DNA of 64,000 bases from a bacterium (GTDB taxonomy: Bacteria > UBA8248 > JACPRG01 > G963555815). The DNA lies in contig OZ244653.1 in the NCBI GenBank assembly GCA_965218795.1, forward strand, positions 128,001 to 192,000, read 5' to 3'. Shown in pieces: positions 28,204 through 38,432 of this stretch; position 1 is the first letter of the stretch; each line of letters begins with the position of its first letter. A program made the translations under genes and the position numbers. A model generated the notes under the pieces. The model had not been told where the DNA came from, searched no databases, and worked only from the letters and a program-made list of their open reading frames with translations.

Positions 28204-29973
28204 ATGGCCGTTGATCCAGTCACTCTGGCCGTCGTGAAGGCGAGCCTGGAATTCACTGCCGACGAGATGGACACCGCCATGATCAAAACGTCCTTTTCGC
28301 CCGTCATCGCCGAGGGCCACGACCGCGCCAATGGTATCTACGACGGCGTCACGGGGGAGGTCATCGCCCAGGGGGACGACGCGCTTCCCATCTTCGTCGG
28401 GGCCATGCAGTTCACGGTCCAGGCGACGCTCGAAGTCGTGGATGATTTCAAGCCGGGCGACATCTTCATGGTGAACGACCCGTACACGGGCGGAACCCAC
28501 CTGATGGACGTCTCCCTCCTGAAGCCCTTCTATTACGAAGGAAAGATCTTCGCCTGGCTGGCGAACACCGGTCACTGGCCGGACATCGGGGGCTCCGCTC
28601 CGGGGGGATTCGTGAGCAAGGCGACGGAGATCCTCCAGGAAGGACTCCGGCTTCCGCCCGTCCGCCTGTTTCGGGAAGGAGAGATGAACGAGGACCTCCT
28701 GAACCTGATCCTCGCCAACATCCGGGTGCCCGACGAGCGCATCGGCGACATCAAGGCTGCGGTCAATGCGCTCCACGTGGGCGAGGTCCGACTCAAGGCC
28801 ATCCTGGACAAATACGGTCTCGATACCGTGCGCGAATGCATCGCCGAGATGAAGACGCACTCTGAAAAAATGATGCGGGCCCACATCGAGGCCATCCCCG
28901 ACGGGACCTATTCCTTCACCGATTACATGGACAGCGACGGCGTGGTGAACGAGCCGCTGACCATCCATTGCGACATGACGACCCAGGGCTCGGACATGCA
29001 CCTCGACTTCCGCAAGACCAGCCCGCCGTGCAAGGGGCCGACTTCAAGCGTGCTGTCGAACACCATCGCCGCGTTCTACGTGGCCATCAAGCATGTCTTC
29101 ACCGATGTGCCCGTGAACTCGGGCATGTTCGTCCCCTTCACGTTCGACGTGCCGGACACAACGTTCCTGAACTCCAAGTTCCCCAAGCCCTGCGCGGCCT
29201 GCACCGCGGAGGTCGGCCAGCGGGTCGTAGACGTCATCTTCGGCTGTCTGGCCCAGGCCATCCCGGACAAGCTGTTCGGCGCGCCGTTTTCGACGAACAA
29301 CGATCTCGTCGTCGGCGGGGACGACCCGGAGAAAGGCAAGGATTACGTCATCTACATCTACCAGGGCGGCGGATACGGGGGCTCCAAAGTCTCCGAGGGT
29401 CTGACCAACGGGGCCTCCACCATCGGCATCTCCCGCGTTCCGCCGGCGGAGCTGTACGAGCAGCGCTATCCCTTCCGGGTTCGGCACTTCGAGCTGTTCG
29501 AGGATTCCGCGGGCTCCGGCTGGCACCGGGGCGGGTTCGGCACGTCGTACAAGTTCGAGCTTCTGCGGGGGGAGGGTTTCTGCTCGGTCATCGGCGACCG
29601 GGGAAAGTTCCCGCCCTTCGGAATTCTCGGGGGAACGCCCGCGCGCCTCAGCGAGATCATCTTCGAGATCGATGGGAAGGAATACCGGCCCGAGCACGTC
29701 ACCAAGGACACCCGCGTTCACCTCCGGCCGGGCGACACGATCGAGGTCCATTCGCCGGGCGGGGGCGGCTACGGTGATCCCTTGACCCGGGACCTGGCGC
29801 TCGTGCAGGAGGACGTAATCTCCGGGCGCGTCTTCCGGGAGACCGCGGAACGCGACTACGGCGCCGTCTTCAAAGGCGACACCCTGGAACTGGATCTCCC
29901 GGCCACCGAATCCCGGCGGAAGGAGATCGCGAAAAGCGCTCCCCCGACTGAGAACTTCGGGGACAAGTCCTGA
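28204..29973 (+). CDS. Hydantoinase/oxoprolinase subunit B (pair 2)
   Basis: NDPYTGGTHLMD, HWPDIGGSAPG, QEGLRLPP, SPGGGGYGDP. Confidence 0.93.
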   Translation: MAVDPVTLAVVKASLEFTADEMDTAMIKTSFSPVIAEGHDRANGIYDGVTGEVIAQGDDALPIFVGAMQFTVQATLEVVDDFKPGDIFMVNDPYTGGTHLMDVSLLKPFYYEGKIFAWLANTGHWPDIGGSAPGGFVSKATEILQEGLRLPPVRLFREGEMNEDLLNLILANIRVPDERIGDIKAAVNALHVGEVRLKAILDKYGLDTVRECIAEMKTHSEKMMRAHIEAIPDGTYSFTDYMDSDGVVNEPLTIHCDMTTQGSDMHLDFRKTSPPCKGPTSSVLSNTIAAFYVAIKHVFTDVPVNSGMFVPFTFDVPDTTFLNSKFPKPCAACTAEVGQRVVDVIFGCLAQAIPDKLFGAPFSTNNDLVVGGDDPEKGKDYVIYIYQGGGYGGSKVSEGLTNGASTIGISRVPPAELYEQRYPFRVRHFELFEDSAGSGWHRGGFGTSYKFELLRGEGFCSVIGDRGKFPPFGILGGTPARLSEIIFEIDGKEYRPEHVTKDTRVHLRPGDTIEVHSPGGGGYGDPLTRDLALVQEDVISGRVFRETAERDYGAVFKGDTLELDLPATESRRKEIAKSAPPTENFGDKS

Positions 29974-29994
29974 GAGGGGCGCGTGGATGGACGT

Positions 29995-30250
29995 GTCGGA
30001 TTACGCTTCGCTGATCCGGCCTGCGGGGCTTGAGAGGCTTCGGGATCGAACCAGAGACCGCCGTCAGCCTCGGTTCGTCATTCCCGCCCCCGCTGCATAC
30101 ATGCGGGGACAGGCTCCGGCGGGAATCCACTTCAACACATAGACCCCCAATACTCTGGATTCCTGCGTGCGCAGGAATGACAGACGACAGGAGACCGCAC
30201 ACCATCCGCGGCGTCTGGCCTCCGGCTACCCCCCCCTGATAAAGGGGGGT
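29995..30250. repeat. Cluster of REP-like palindromes
   Basis: CGGATTACGCTTCGCTGATCCG hairpin; inverted GTCATTCCCGC...GCGGGAATCCA / TGGATTCCTGC...GCAGGAATGAC doublet (30077-30181); CCCCCCTGATAAAGGGGGG. Confidence 0.75.
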
Positions 30251-30347
30251 GGAACTGCGCTGTTCAGCGCGTTTTCCCGCATTCTGGATCTCCTACCCGA
30301 ACGATCTGCGTGTGGTCGTCAACGGGTATGGGGAGGGGGCTACGGTC

Positions 30348-31554
30348 ATGAATGACTTGAAGGACTACAAGGCGCTGTTGAAACAGGCGGGCCTGTTGTA
30401 CCTGATGTATGAAGCGGGACGCCCGGACCCCTTCAACGTCTTCTCCGTTTTGCGCAGGGAAAGCGATGAGGTGAACCTTCACTCCCGATTCCTGGCCGCG
30501 CTGCTCGATCACCGGAAGTCGCGTGATGCGCCGCAAGAAAACCTGAAGGACTTTTTGGAGAATGTCGTCAAACGAAAGTTTGAACATGACAGTGCAGAGG
30601 TCGATCGGGAGCGTGATGGCATCGACATCCTGATCGTCAACAAGGCCAAACAGGCGGTCGCGATCGAGAACAAAATCGACGCCCGCGATCAACCCGGACA
30701 GCTACAGAGGATACCACGACAAATTGAAGGAGAACGGGTACAACGAAATACATATGCTGTACCTGACGCTTCATGGCGACGACCCCTCTGAGGAGAGCTG
30801 CGGCGCTCTCCCCATCGACAAAATCATCAACATTTCCTACAAGAGTGATCTTCGTCCTTGGCTGAAACGTTGCCAGGAACGCGCCTGCGACGAACCCGCC
30901 CTGCGGGAATCGGTCGCGCAATACCTGCATCTCATTCAGAAGATGACAGGTACGGATCAGGAGGGGACATACATGAGCGAGTTGAAGAAACTCTGCCTGG
31001 AGGACAACAACCCTGTTCTCGTCCATGACTTGTACTGGGTCATGATCGAAGAAATGGTTTCGTTACAGCATAAGCTTTGGGAGGACATCGAAAAGGCGTT
31101 GGATAAGATTCCTAATTTTCCGGACAAAGACAAAAACAATTCGAACACCTCCCGGGACTTGATTGAAGGCTTTGTCACCGGAAAGAGAGGATGCGGAGAG
31201 TATGGCCTGTATTATCCGCTTGACGGGAACGGCGCCTCACTGAGCGTTGATGTTGAGACCGGTGATAGTAGAATCGGCTTCGGCATCAAATGTTCCGAAG
31301 AATTTCACCCAGACAAGCACAGCAGACTCAAAGAGAAGTTGAAGGACATGAGCGGGGAAAGCGCGGAGTGGTGGCCTTGGTTTAAGTACGCCGACGGAGA
31401 TCTATATCTGAAACCCCTCGACGGGGAGAGCCTCTCGAAGAGCCTCGTGTTGTTGTCGAAGGATGAAGCCAGGAAAAAGTTTGCAGCGGGAATCGCATGT
31501 GGTTTGAAGCGAGTTTGGGACAAGGTCAAGCCGACCTCGGGTGGGTCGCCGTGA
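30348..31554 (+). pseudogene. PD-(D/E)XK nuclease family protein (PDDEXK_4-like), one frameshift near 30710
   Basis: FNVFSVL..EVNLHSRFLA.LL, IDILI..AIENKI.A.DQ..QL.RY, YLTL.G split across two frames. Confidence 0.75.
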
Positions 31555-31658
31555 AGGTGATCAATCACCTGGGCGATGTGGTCATGAAAGCGCCTTGTTT
31601 TTAGGCTATTTCAAAATATGAAATTGACATAGCCTAATTTTTCCAATAGACTCTCGCC

Positions 31659-32849
31659 ATGATTGAGCGAGACCTCGCGCCAAAGCTAAAGAAGGCGGCT
31701 CGCCAATTCTCCTCCATCACGCTCACCGGCCCCCGGCAAAGCGGCAAGACTACTCTATGCAAAGCCGTGTTTTCGCAGCATCCGTACGCGACTCTCGAGG
31801 CTCCGGACGTACGCGCTTTCGCGACGGAGGATCCCCGTGCCTTCCTGAACCAGTTTCCCGAAGGGGCTGTCATCGACGAGGTGCAACGCGTCCCGGACCT
31901 ACTCTCCTACTTGCAGGGCGTCATCGACGCGGATCCGACGCCCGGACGCTGGATTCTCACGGGCTCGCAAAACCTCTCCCTGCTTGAGTCGGTCAGCCAA
32001 TCGCTGGCCGGAAGGACGGCGGTGTATCATCTGTTTCCATTGAGCCGTGGCGAGATGATGCGTTTTGATCGGCATCCCCAGAGTCTTGAAGAGACACTTC
32101 TCGCCGGCGCGTACCCCCGCATATTCGATTATGAACTGGACCCGGCGGACTGGCTCGGTTCGTATGTCGCCACCTATATCGAACGTGACGTGCGAACGAT
32201 CAGCAACGTGGGTGATCTTGCGACATTCCAACGCTTCGTCGAATTATGCGCCGGTCGTACGGCGCAGTTGGTCAACTACTCGTCACTGGCGGGCGACTGC
32301 GGCATCTCCCAGCCGAGCGCAAAAGCCTGGCTCAGCATACTTGAGACCAGCTTTCTCGCTTTCCGCCTGCCGGCATTTCACTCGAACCTGCGCAAGCGGC
32401 TCGTGAAGATGCCGAAGCTGCACTTCTACGACACCGGTCTCGTCTGCTGGCTGCTGGGTATCCGTACGCCCGAACAGCTCCGCACGCATCCTCTTCGCGG
32501 CCCGATCTTCGAGACCTGGGTCGTCTCGGAGATCGCGAAATACCGAACCAACCGGGGCGAGACGGGCGTTCGCGGTCTGTCGTTTTACCGCGACCGTAAC
32601 GGGGCCGAGGCCGATCTCATCATCGAGCACCCGTCCCGCATCACGCTCGTCGAAGCCAAGTCCGCCGAGACTGCATCGTCGAGCTGGTTCGATGAGGCTC
32701 GGCGCGTCCAGCGACATCTCACCACATTACCTCGTCCATGCGACGTGGTCGTCGGCTACGGCGGCGATCAACTCCAGCACCGCGCGGCAGGGAGTCTGAT
32801 ACCTTGGCGCAAGCTGTGCGAAGCAGGTTTTTGGGAATCGACGGGATGA
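31659..32849 (+). CDS. AAA_14 ATPase with DUF4143 domain
   Basis: GPRQSGKTT, IDEVQ, ILTGS, KLHFYDTGL, FYRDRNGAEADL..EAKS. Confidence 0.88.
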   Translation: MIERDLAPKLKKAARQFSSITLTGPRQSGKTTLCKAVFSQHPYATLEAPDVRAFATEDPRAFLNQFPEGAVIDEVQRVPDLLSYLQGVIDADPTPGRWILTGSQNLSLLESVSQSLAGRTAVYHLFPLSRGEMMRFDRHPQSLEETLLAGAYPRIFDYELDPADWLGSYVATYIERDVRTISNVGDLATFQRFVELCAGRTAQLVNYSSLAGDCGISQPSAKAWLSILETSFLAFRLPAFHSNLRKRLVKMPKLHFYDTGLVCWLLGIRTPEQLRTHPLRGPIFETWVVSEIAKYRTNRGETGVRGLSFYRDRNGAEADLIIEHPSRITLVEAKSAETASSSWFDEARRVQRHLTTLPRPCDVVVGYGGDQLQHRAAGSLIPWRKLCEAGFWESTG

Positions 32850-32907
32850 ACGCGCGGGCGAAGACGGGTCGCGCGATACGCTCGCGGAACGTTGGAGGCG
32901 GGAGGGA

Positions 32908-33621
32908 ATGGAAATCGAGATGAGGCCGGGCCGGTCTCGGGTGGCCGGGCGCTGTCGTCCCGCGTCGTCCGGGATCCCTTTCGGACCTCCGGTTTCGCGC
33001 TGTTGGCGATTCGGGGCCGCCCTCGTCGTCGCCTTTGCCCTGATCGCGGCCGGCTGCGCTACCCCGACGCCGAGGCGGCAGGGCGATATCTGCCAGGTTT
33101 TCGAGCAGTATCCCGACTGGTACGACCATGCCCGCGCGTCCGCGTCGCAATGGGGCACGCCGGTGCACGTGCTCATGGCGTTCGTGCACCATGAATCGAG
33201 TTACCGGAGCCACGCGAAGCCGCCGAGGAGATGGTTTTTGTTCATTCCGCTCGGACGTCCGTCGTCGGCCAAAGGATACGCGCAGGCGCAGAATCCGGTA
33301 TGGGGGGAGTACTTGGCCGAGCGGGGCGGGCTCTTCCGGAGCCGGACGGACATGGAAGACGCCCTCGACTTCATCGGCTGGTATAACCACAAGACCTGGC
33401 GCGGGCTCGGCATCTCCCGGAGCGACGCGCGCAGGCTCTACCTCGCCTATCACGAGGGGCGGGGCGGCTACCGCCGCGGCACCTGGAAAAAGAAGCCCGG
33501 CGTGCAGCGCACCGCGGAGAGAGTGGCCGCGACCGCCCGTCGATACAAGTCCCAGCTCGCGCGCTGCGAGTCGAGATTCCGTTGCGACTCCTGGTATCAG
33601 GTGTGGCCCTTCTGCCGGTGA
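32908..33621 (+). CDS. Lytic transglycosylase-like (SLT) lipoprotein
   Basis: Lipobox AAGC; HHESSY, SSAKGYAQA, LYLAYHEG..GY. Confidence 0.75.
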   Translation: MEIEMRPGRSRVAGRCRPASSGIPFGPPVSRCWRFGAALVVAFALIAAGCATPTPRRQGDICQVFEQYPDWYDHARASASQWGTPVHVLMAFVHHESSYRSHAKPPRRWFLFIPLGRPSSAKGYAQAQNPVWGEYLAERGGLFRSRTDMEDALDFIGWYNHKTWRGLGISRSDARRLYLAYHEGRGGYRRGTWKKKPGVQRTAERVAATARRYKSQLARCESRFRCDSWYQVWPFCR

Positions 33622-34316
33622 GGGCTCGGCGGTGGCGGCAGCCGCGGCCCGCGTCGGCGATTCTGCCCGCGGTCCTGGCGGCGCTCCTCGCGATCCTGCC
33701 CGGCGCGTCGTTCGCGCAAGAGACGGTCCTCGGCCGGTTCTCGGCGGGCGACCTTTTCGGCTGGAAACACGAGCGCTTCGCCGGCCAGACCGTGTACCGC
33801 CAGACCGAAGACCCCGGAGGCGGAACCGTCCTCGAGGCGGTCAGCAACGGGACGGCGTCGGGTCTCGTGCTGGAGCGGAAGATCGATCTCACCGAAACGC
33901 CGATCCTCATCTGGCGCTGGCGGGTCCAGCGTCCGGTCAACCCGCCGGACGAGCGGACCCGGGCGGGCAACGACTTCGCCGCCAGAATCTATTTCGTGAC
34001 GCCCGGCAAAGGTCTGCTCTCCTTCCCGGATTCGGTGGCCTACGTCTGGGCCGGCCGCCAGCCGGAAGGCTCCTCCTGGCCCAACCCCTATACCGGAAAG
34101 GTCCGCATGGTCGCCGTGGATTCGGGCACCCGCCACGCCGGGGAGTGGCGGGCGCATCGCAGGAACATGAGAGGGGACTTCCGGTCCCTTTTCGGCCGGG
34201 ACATCACCGAGATCACCCACATCGCCATCATGACCGACACCGATAACAGCCAGCTGTCGGCCCACAGTTGGTACGGCGACATCCGCGTCGCGCCGGCCGG
34301 CCCCGCTGACCGCTGA
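33618..34316 (+). CDS. DUF3047-family secreted protein
   Basis: Signal peptide; WRWRV, DERTRAGNDFAARIY, WPNPYT, IAIMTDTDN. Confidence 0.78.
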   Translation: MRARRWRQPRPASAILPAVLAALLAILPGASFAQETVLGRFSAGDLFGWKHERFAGQTVYRQTEDPGGGTVLEAVSNGTASGLVLERKIDLTETPILIWRWRVQRPVNPPDERTRAGNDFAARIYFVTPGKGLLSFPDSVAYVWAGRQPEGSSWPNPYTGKVRMVAVDSGTRHAGEWRAHRRNMRGDFRSLFGRDITEITHIAIMTDTDNSQLSAHSWYGDIRVAPAGPADR

Positions 34317-34320
34317 TTCT

Positions 34321-34632
34321 GGGGACCTCATACTTGATGATTGGCTTTCGGATTGGTGTGCCCCCTGCATGAATACATGCGCAGGGGCAGGCTCTCGGTC
34401 ATTCCTGCCCCCGATAAGAGCCTTCGGGGACAGGCTACAGTTAGGAATCCAGAGCGTCCGTGCATGGCAAGGATCGCACGGGTCGTGTCGTCAGGGTTCC
34501 CCCATCACCTCACTCAGCGGGGCATCTCTCAGGCAGAACACATTGTTCTGTGAAGAGGACTACGGGCAATACCTCCCCTGATGTCTGAGTGGTGCTCCCG
34601 GTGGAGGGTTCCGGAATTTGAGGATGGCTTAC
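34321..34632 (+). mobile_element. RAYT (IS200-like HUH transposase) remnant A with REP-like palindromes
   Basis: GGGGAC-type end, nested hairpins, then MARIARVVSSGFPHHLTQRG..RQ..F.EEDY with frameshifts; similar to 37893-38125. Confidence 0.75.
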
Positions 34633-34800
34633 GGCGAGGCACACGCCCTCCTTGCCGGTCAGGCGTCCGTACGTGGCCGTCATGAAACCCGCGCATTGCT
34701 CATGCCGGGTCAAAATGAACCGGATCCGGGACTCCCTCAGGGATTCGGGAAAGTCGAGGCTCTCCTCCCCCGGAACGCCGAAGATGTATTCGACTGTCAA
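34633..34800 (-). pseudogene. Acetolactate synthase large-subunit N-terminal remnant
   Basis: VEYIFGVPGEE.LD...TRHEQCAGFM.ATYGRLTGK.GVCLA. Confidence 0.8.
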
Positions 34801-34888
34801 AAGATAGGTCAGAAAATCGCGCTTTTCGACAGGAAGAGCCCGTCCGAAGGGTGGAAGGCTCGGCCGCTTTCAGAAGATTCGGTTGATC

Positions 34889-36301
34889 CTACGCCTCGTA
34901 GTCTTCGATGAACTCCCTCAGATCAATTTTGTCCACCCCCGGAACGGAGACCTCCTCGGGGTAATTGGTTTTTCGGGTCGCGTCGATTCCCGTTTTTGTG
35001 ACGAGGTGGGAGCCCTCCGCCGGGTTATAGGAGGCGGGGTCGAGCGGGGAACCTTTGGCATGCGTGATCATGAAGATGTCCCGGTCGGCGCGCACCCGCA
35101 TCGCGATGGCGCGAAGGACCTCTTTGTCGCTGGCCACATCCACGTCCTCATCCACCACAACCACGAATTTAAGATAGGCGTCGGCCACAAAGGCCGCCAT
35201 GGCCGCCTGCTTCGCCTCCCCCTCGATCATCTTCTCGATAGCGATGTAGCAGGTGAACCGGCACAGACCGGACGGAGGCAGAAAAACCGCTTTGACGGTT
35301 GGACAGGCGATCCTGACTGCATTCTCGATGGCGGCGGTTTGCGTGAAGCCGCCGAGGAGAAAATCATCGGCATGCGAGCAAAACGCGTTCTGGTAAAGGG
35401 GATTCTCGCGCATCGTGATGGCCTTGACCTTCACAACGGGGTTCATCCGCTCGGGACCGTACGTCGCGGGATACTCTCCGAAAGGCGCCTCCGGCTCGCG
35501 GAGATGAGGCAGGATTTCGCACTCCAAAACGATCTCGGCGTCCGCCGGGACTTCGAGGGGGATCGTCTCGCAAGGCGTCAATCGGACCGGCCGGCGCATC
35601 ATGCCCCCGGCGATGCGGAACTCGTCGATATCCAGCGGGGTGTAGCTCAGGGCACCCAGGAAAAAGGCCGGGTGGTGTCCGATGACGGCGGCCATCGGGG
35701 TGGGTTCGCCGCGTTTCTCGTACTGTTTCCAGATCAGGTGGCCGTGGGAGGTCTCCGAGATCTGGATTCCGAAGGTGTTCCTGTCCTTGAGCATCAAGCG
35801 GTAGATGCCGACGTTGTTGACCCCGGTCGAGGGGTCTTTCATGACATCCAGGGATGCCGTGACGTACGGTCCGGCGTCTTTTTCATGATAGGTGCAAATG
35901 GGCAGGCGAGTCACATCTACGTCGTCCCCTTTGAGAATCACCCGCTTGACGGGCCCGGTCTCGACGTGCCGGGGACCGACCGGATTCGCCTCCCGCCTGG
36001 CGTACTCTTTCAAAAAATCCTGTACATCCGTCCCTTCGAGCTCCAAGGCCAGACAAAGGCGGCTGATGCTGGCGTGCGTGTTGGCCACCAGGGGAATGTC
36101 CGAACCCTTCACTTTTTCAAAGATGACAAGCGGAAACTTTTCGTCTTTTTCCAGCCGGGCAAGGATTCCCGATACGCCGAACTTCGGGTCGACTTCTTTG
36201 TGAATCCGAATCACTTCGTGCGGATGTCGCTCTTCGAGAAACTCGATGAAACCCCGGAGGTCGCACGTATGATTCATGTTTCGTACCTGGTTTCGGCTCA
36301 T
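34889..36301 (-). CDS. UbiD-family (prFMN-dependent) decarboxylase
   Basis: DLRGFIEFLE, DAGPY, NVGIYR, VPADAEIVLE, EAPFGE, VVVDEDVD, GIDAT. Confidence 0.92.
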   Translation of the reverse strand: MSRNQVRNMNHTCDLRGFIEFLEERHPHEVIRIHKEVDPKFGVSGILARLEKDEKFPLVIFEKVKGSDIPLVANTHASISRLCLALELEGTDVQDFLKEYARREANPVGPRHVETGPVKRVILKGDDVDVTRLPICTYHEKDAGPYVTASLDVMKDPSTGVNNVGIYRLMLKDRNTFGIQISETSHGHLIWKQYEKRGEPTPMAAVIGHHPAFFLGALSYTPLDIDEFRIAGGMMRRPVRLTPCETIPLEVPADAEIVLECEILPHLREPEAPFGEYPATYGPERMNPVVKVKAITMRENPLYQNAFCSHADDFLLGGFTQTAAIENAVRIACPTVKAVFLPPSGLCRFTCYIAIEKMIEGEAKQAAMAAFVADAYLKFVVVVDEDVDVASDKEVLRAIAMRVRADRDIFMITHAKGSPLDPASYNPAEGSHLVTKTGIDATRKTNYPEEVSVPGVDKIDLREFIEDYEA

Positions 36302-36630
36302 GGCTGGTCTGGATTTCTCACCAAACATTCGTCGTAAGGGGCGAGGAGGGGTCGATATCCTATAAGTGGCGGGTTCACGCATTCACGAAGCGGTGTAGTG
36401 GGGAGGCGCGGGTCGGTTGACCCTCAGCCTCTGCCCATGCGCCGTTCCCAATCTAAAACCAGCGGAGGCTGAAGCCTCCGCGCTACACGGCCAAACGCAA
36501 GGGGCGGGGCAGGAGTCCACCGACTCTCGCCCCGCCCCTGCATTTCAGTGGGCTTCGAGGTTTTGGCCGACATGGCCGCTGCCATCGCCAATTCGAGCAT
36601 CGGACAAAATCCCAGTGCGCTCCGCCGGCT

Positions 36631-37674
36631 CTAAGGGAGCATGGGAAAGCGGGATTTCTTGGGAACCCGCTCGACGAATTGGTTGGTGTAAACGTCTTTG
36701 GCCGCAACGGGTTTCTTCAGGCCGACGTAGCTTCGAATCAGCTTCATGGCCCGTTCCATCTTCCCCGCGTTGACGTAGCCGAATCCTTCCTTTTTAAAGT
36801 TTTTATCCGTCGACAGCCGCTGCATGTATTTCCACTGCTGATCAGTCAGGGACCGGCTGGCCGCCGCGTTGTGTTTCAGAAAGATGTCCACGCTCTCTTT
36901 GGGATGCTGGTGGGCATAGACCGTCCCCCGAATGCTGGCGTTGATGAACTTTTGGAGCATCTCGGGCTGATTGGCGATGGTGTCTTCTCTCGCCACATAC
37001 GAAGCCCCGTACATGTCCGACAGCCCGTAATCCGACCAGAGGAAAAATCCGGCCTGCTTGCCCATCTTCCGCGCGGCCGCCTCTTTGGGAGGAAGAGAGG
37101 TCAGCCAGCTGTCCACGGCGTGGACCATTCCGGAGGCGAGACTGGTCCCCAAAAGGGCGGGTTTGAGATTAATCATTTCCACCTTGGATCGGTCGATCCC
37201 GTTCACCTTGGCAAAGGCCGGCCAGAATTGAAGGACCGAGGAAAAAATGGGAATGGCCACCTTCCTTCCTTCCAGATCCTTGGGCTTATTGATCCCGATG
37301 CCTTTCATGTAGGCCAGCCCATAGGGCGAGGTGTGCATCGAAACTTTGATGATTTTTGCTTTCGTCCCCGATGCGCGTCCCAGGGCGACGCTCACCAGGA
37401 CCGAGCTCCCGAGGTCGAGGTCTCCGGCCGCGACTCTCTTTAACGTGTCAACCGCGCCATGACCTCGCTGGATGGTCGTCTCAATCCCTTCGGCGGCAAA
37501 AAACCCCTTCTCCAAGGCGACAAATTCCGGGACGGAATCCCCCGCCAAAACCCAGCTCATTGCTACCCGAACCTTGGTCGCCGCCTCTCCAATTCCCGGG
37601 GTGTCGAAGGAACTGAAGAGAAACATCGTCGCCGCAAGGACAAAGAGTGAAAAACAATTTCCCGTTCGCTTCAT
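36631..37674 (-). CDS. ABC transporter substrate-binding protein, NMT1/THI5/SsuA family
   Basis: Signal peptide; VALEKGFFAAEGI, PKDLEGRKVA, DVYTNQF. Confidence 0.85.
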   Translation of the reverse strand: MKRTGNCFSLFVLAATMFLFSSFDTPGIGEAATKVRVAMSWVLAGDSVPEFVALEKGFFAAEGIETTIQRGHGAVDTLKRVAAGDLDLGSSVLVSVALGRASGTKAKIIKVSMHTSPYGLAYMKGIGINKPKDLEGRKVAIPIFSSVLQFWPAFAKVNGIDRSKVEMINLKPALLGTSLASGMVHAVDSWLTSLPPKEAAARKMGKQAGFFLWSDYGLSDMYGASYVAREDTIANQPEMLQKFINASIRGTVYAHQHPKESVDIFLKHNAAASRSLTDQQWKYMQRLSTDKNFKKEGFGYVNAGKMERAMKLIRSYVGLKKPVAAKDVYTNQFVERVPKKSRFPMLP

Positions 37675-37892
37675 CGGTGAACCCTCCAATCGAGAGAGCC
37701 TGGACTCCTCAAGGGCATATAAGATGTCCCTTTGAATTGAGCCATACGGTAGTCTACGCCGGAATTCTCAAATACCCTCGGTCCTGACATTGCCAGCGTC
37801 CTTCATGTTGTTGTCGAGGGTTCACATGGTACCACAGATATCAAGGTTTCTTTGAGGCTCCACAGATGGAAGTCCAAGCGGGGCGGGATTCT

Positions 37893-38286
37893 GGGGACAC
37901 CATCCTTCATGAATGACTTGTGGCAGATTGGTGCGCCCCCTGCCGAAACCATGCAGGGGCAGGCTCTCGGTCATTCCTGTCCCCGATAAAAGCCTTTGGG
38001 GACAGGCTGCAGCAGGAATCCAGAGCGTCCTTGCATGGCCGTGCATGGCAAGGATCCCACGGGTCGTGGCGCCAGGGTTCCCCCATCACCTCACGCAGCG
38101 GGGCAAATCGCAGGCAGGACACATTTTGAGGATACGCCGTCATGAGAGGACAGGCGGCCCCCTCTCCCTCCGGGAGAGGGTTGGGGTGAGGGAGACTAAA
38201 AGGCTTGAGGAGACATTGGACCGTATCCTGAAAAGGCTGAAACCAGAACGAAAAAAGCATAAGCATATATGAAGGATAGTGCCCCC
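37893..38286 (+). mobile_element. Internally deleted RAYT element B (MITE-like) with terminal inverted repeats
   Basis: GGGGACACCATCCTTCAT (37893-37910) versus ATGAAGGATAGTGCCCCC (38269-38286), 16/18 inverted match; encodes RAYT N-terminus (MARIPRVVAPGFPHHLTQRG) joined to a C-terminal-like segment (IRRHERTG...LE..L.R.LK..KP). Confidence 0.75.
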
Positions 38287-38432
38287 TAGATAGTGGACTC
38301 CCTGCCCAAGACCGCAGGGGTGACGACTCATGTGTGCGATCGTCCGTGATGCCGAAAGGCGTTGAGCGCCGAATGCTGCTGTTATTCCTGCGCAGGCAGG
38401 AATCCAGGGAGGGATGGCTGCATCGGCCCCCC

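Noticed and set aside
30348-31554. Programmed frameshift in the PD-(D/E)XK gene (also pstS, IS481, IS30)
   Set aside because: No slippery sequence at the shift points; mutation or sequencing indel is more likely
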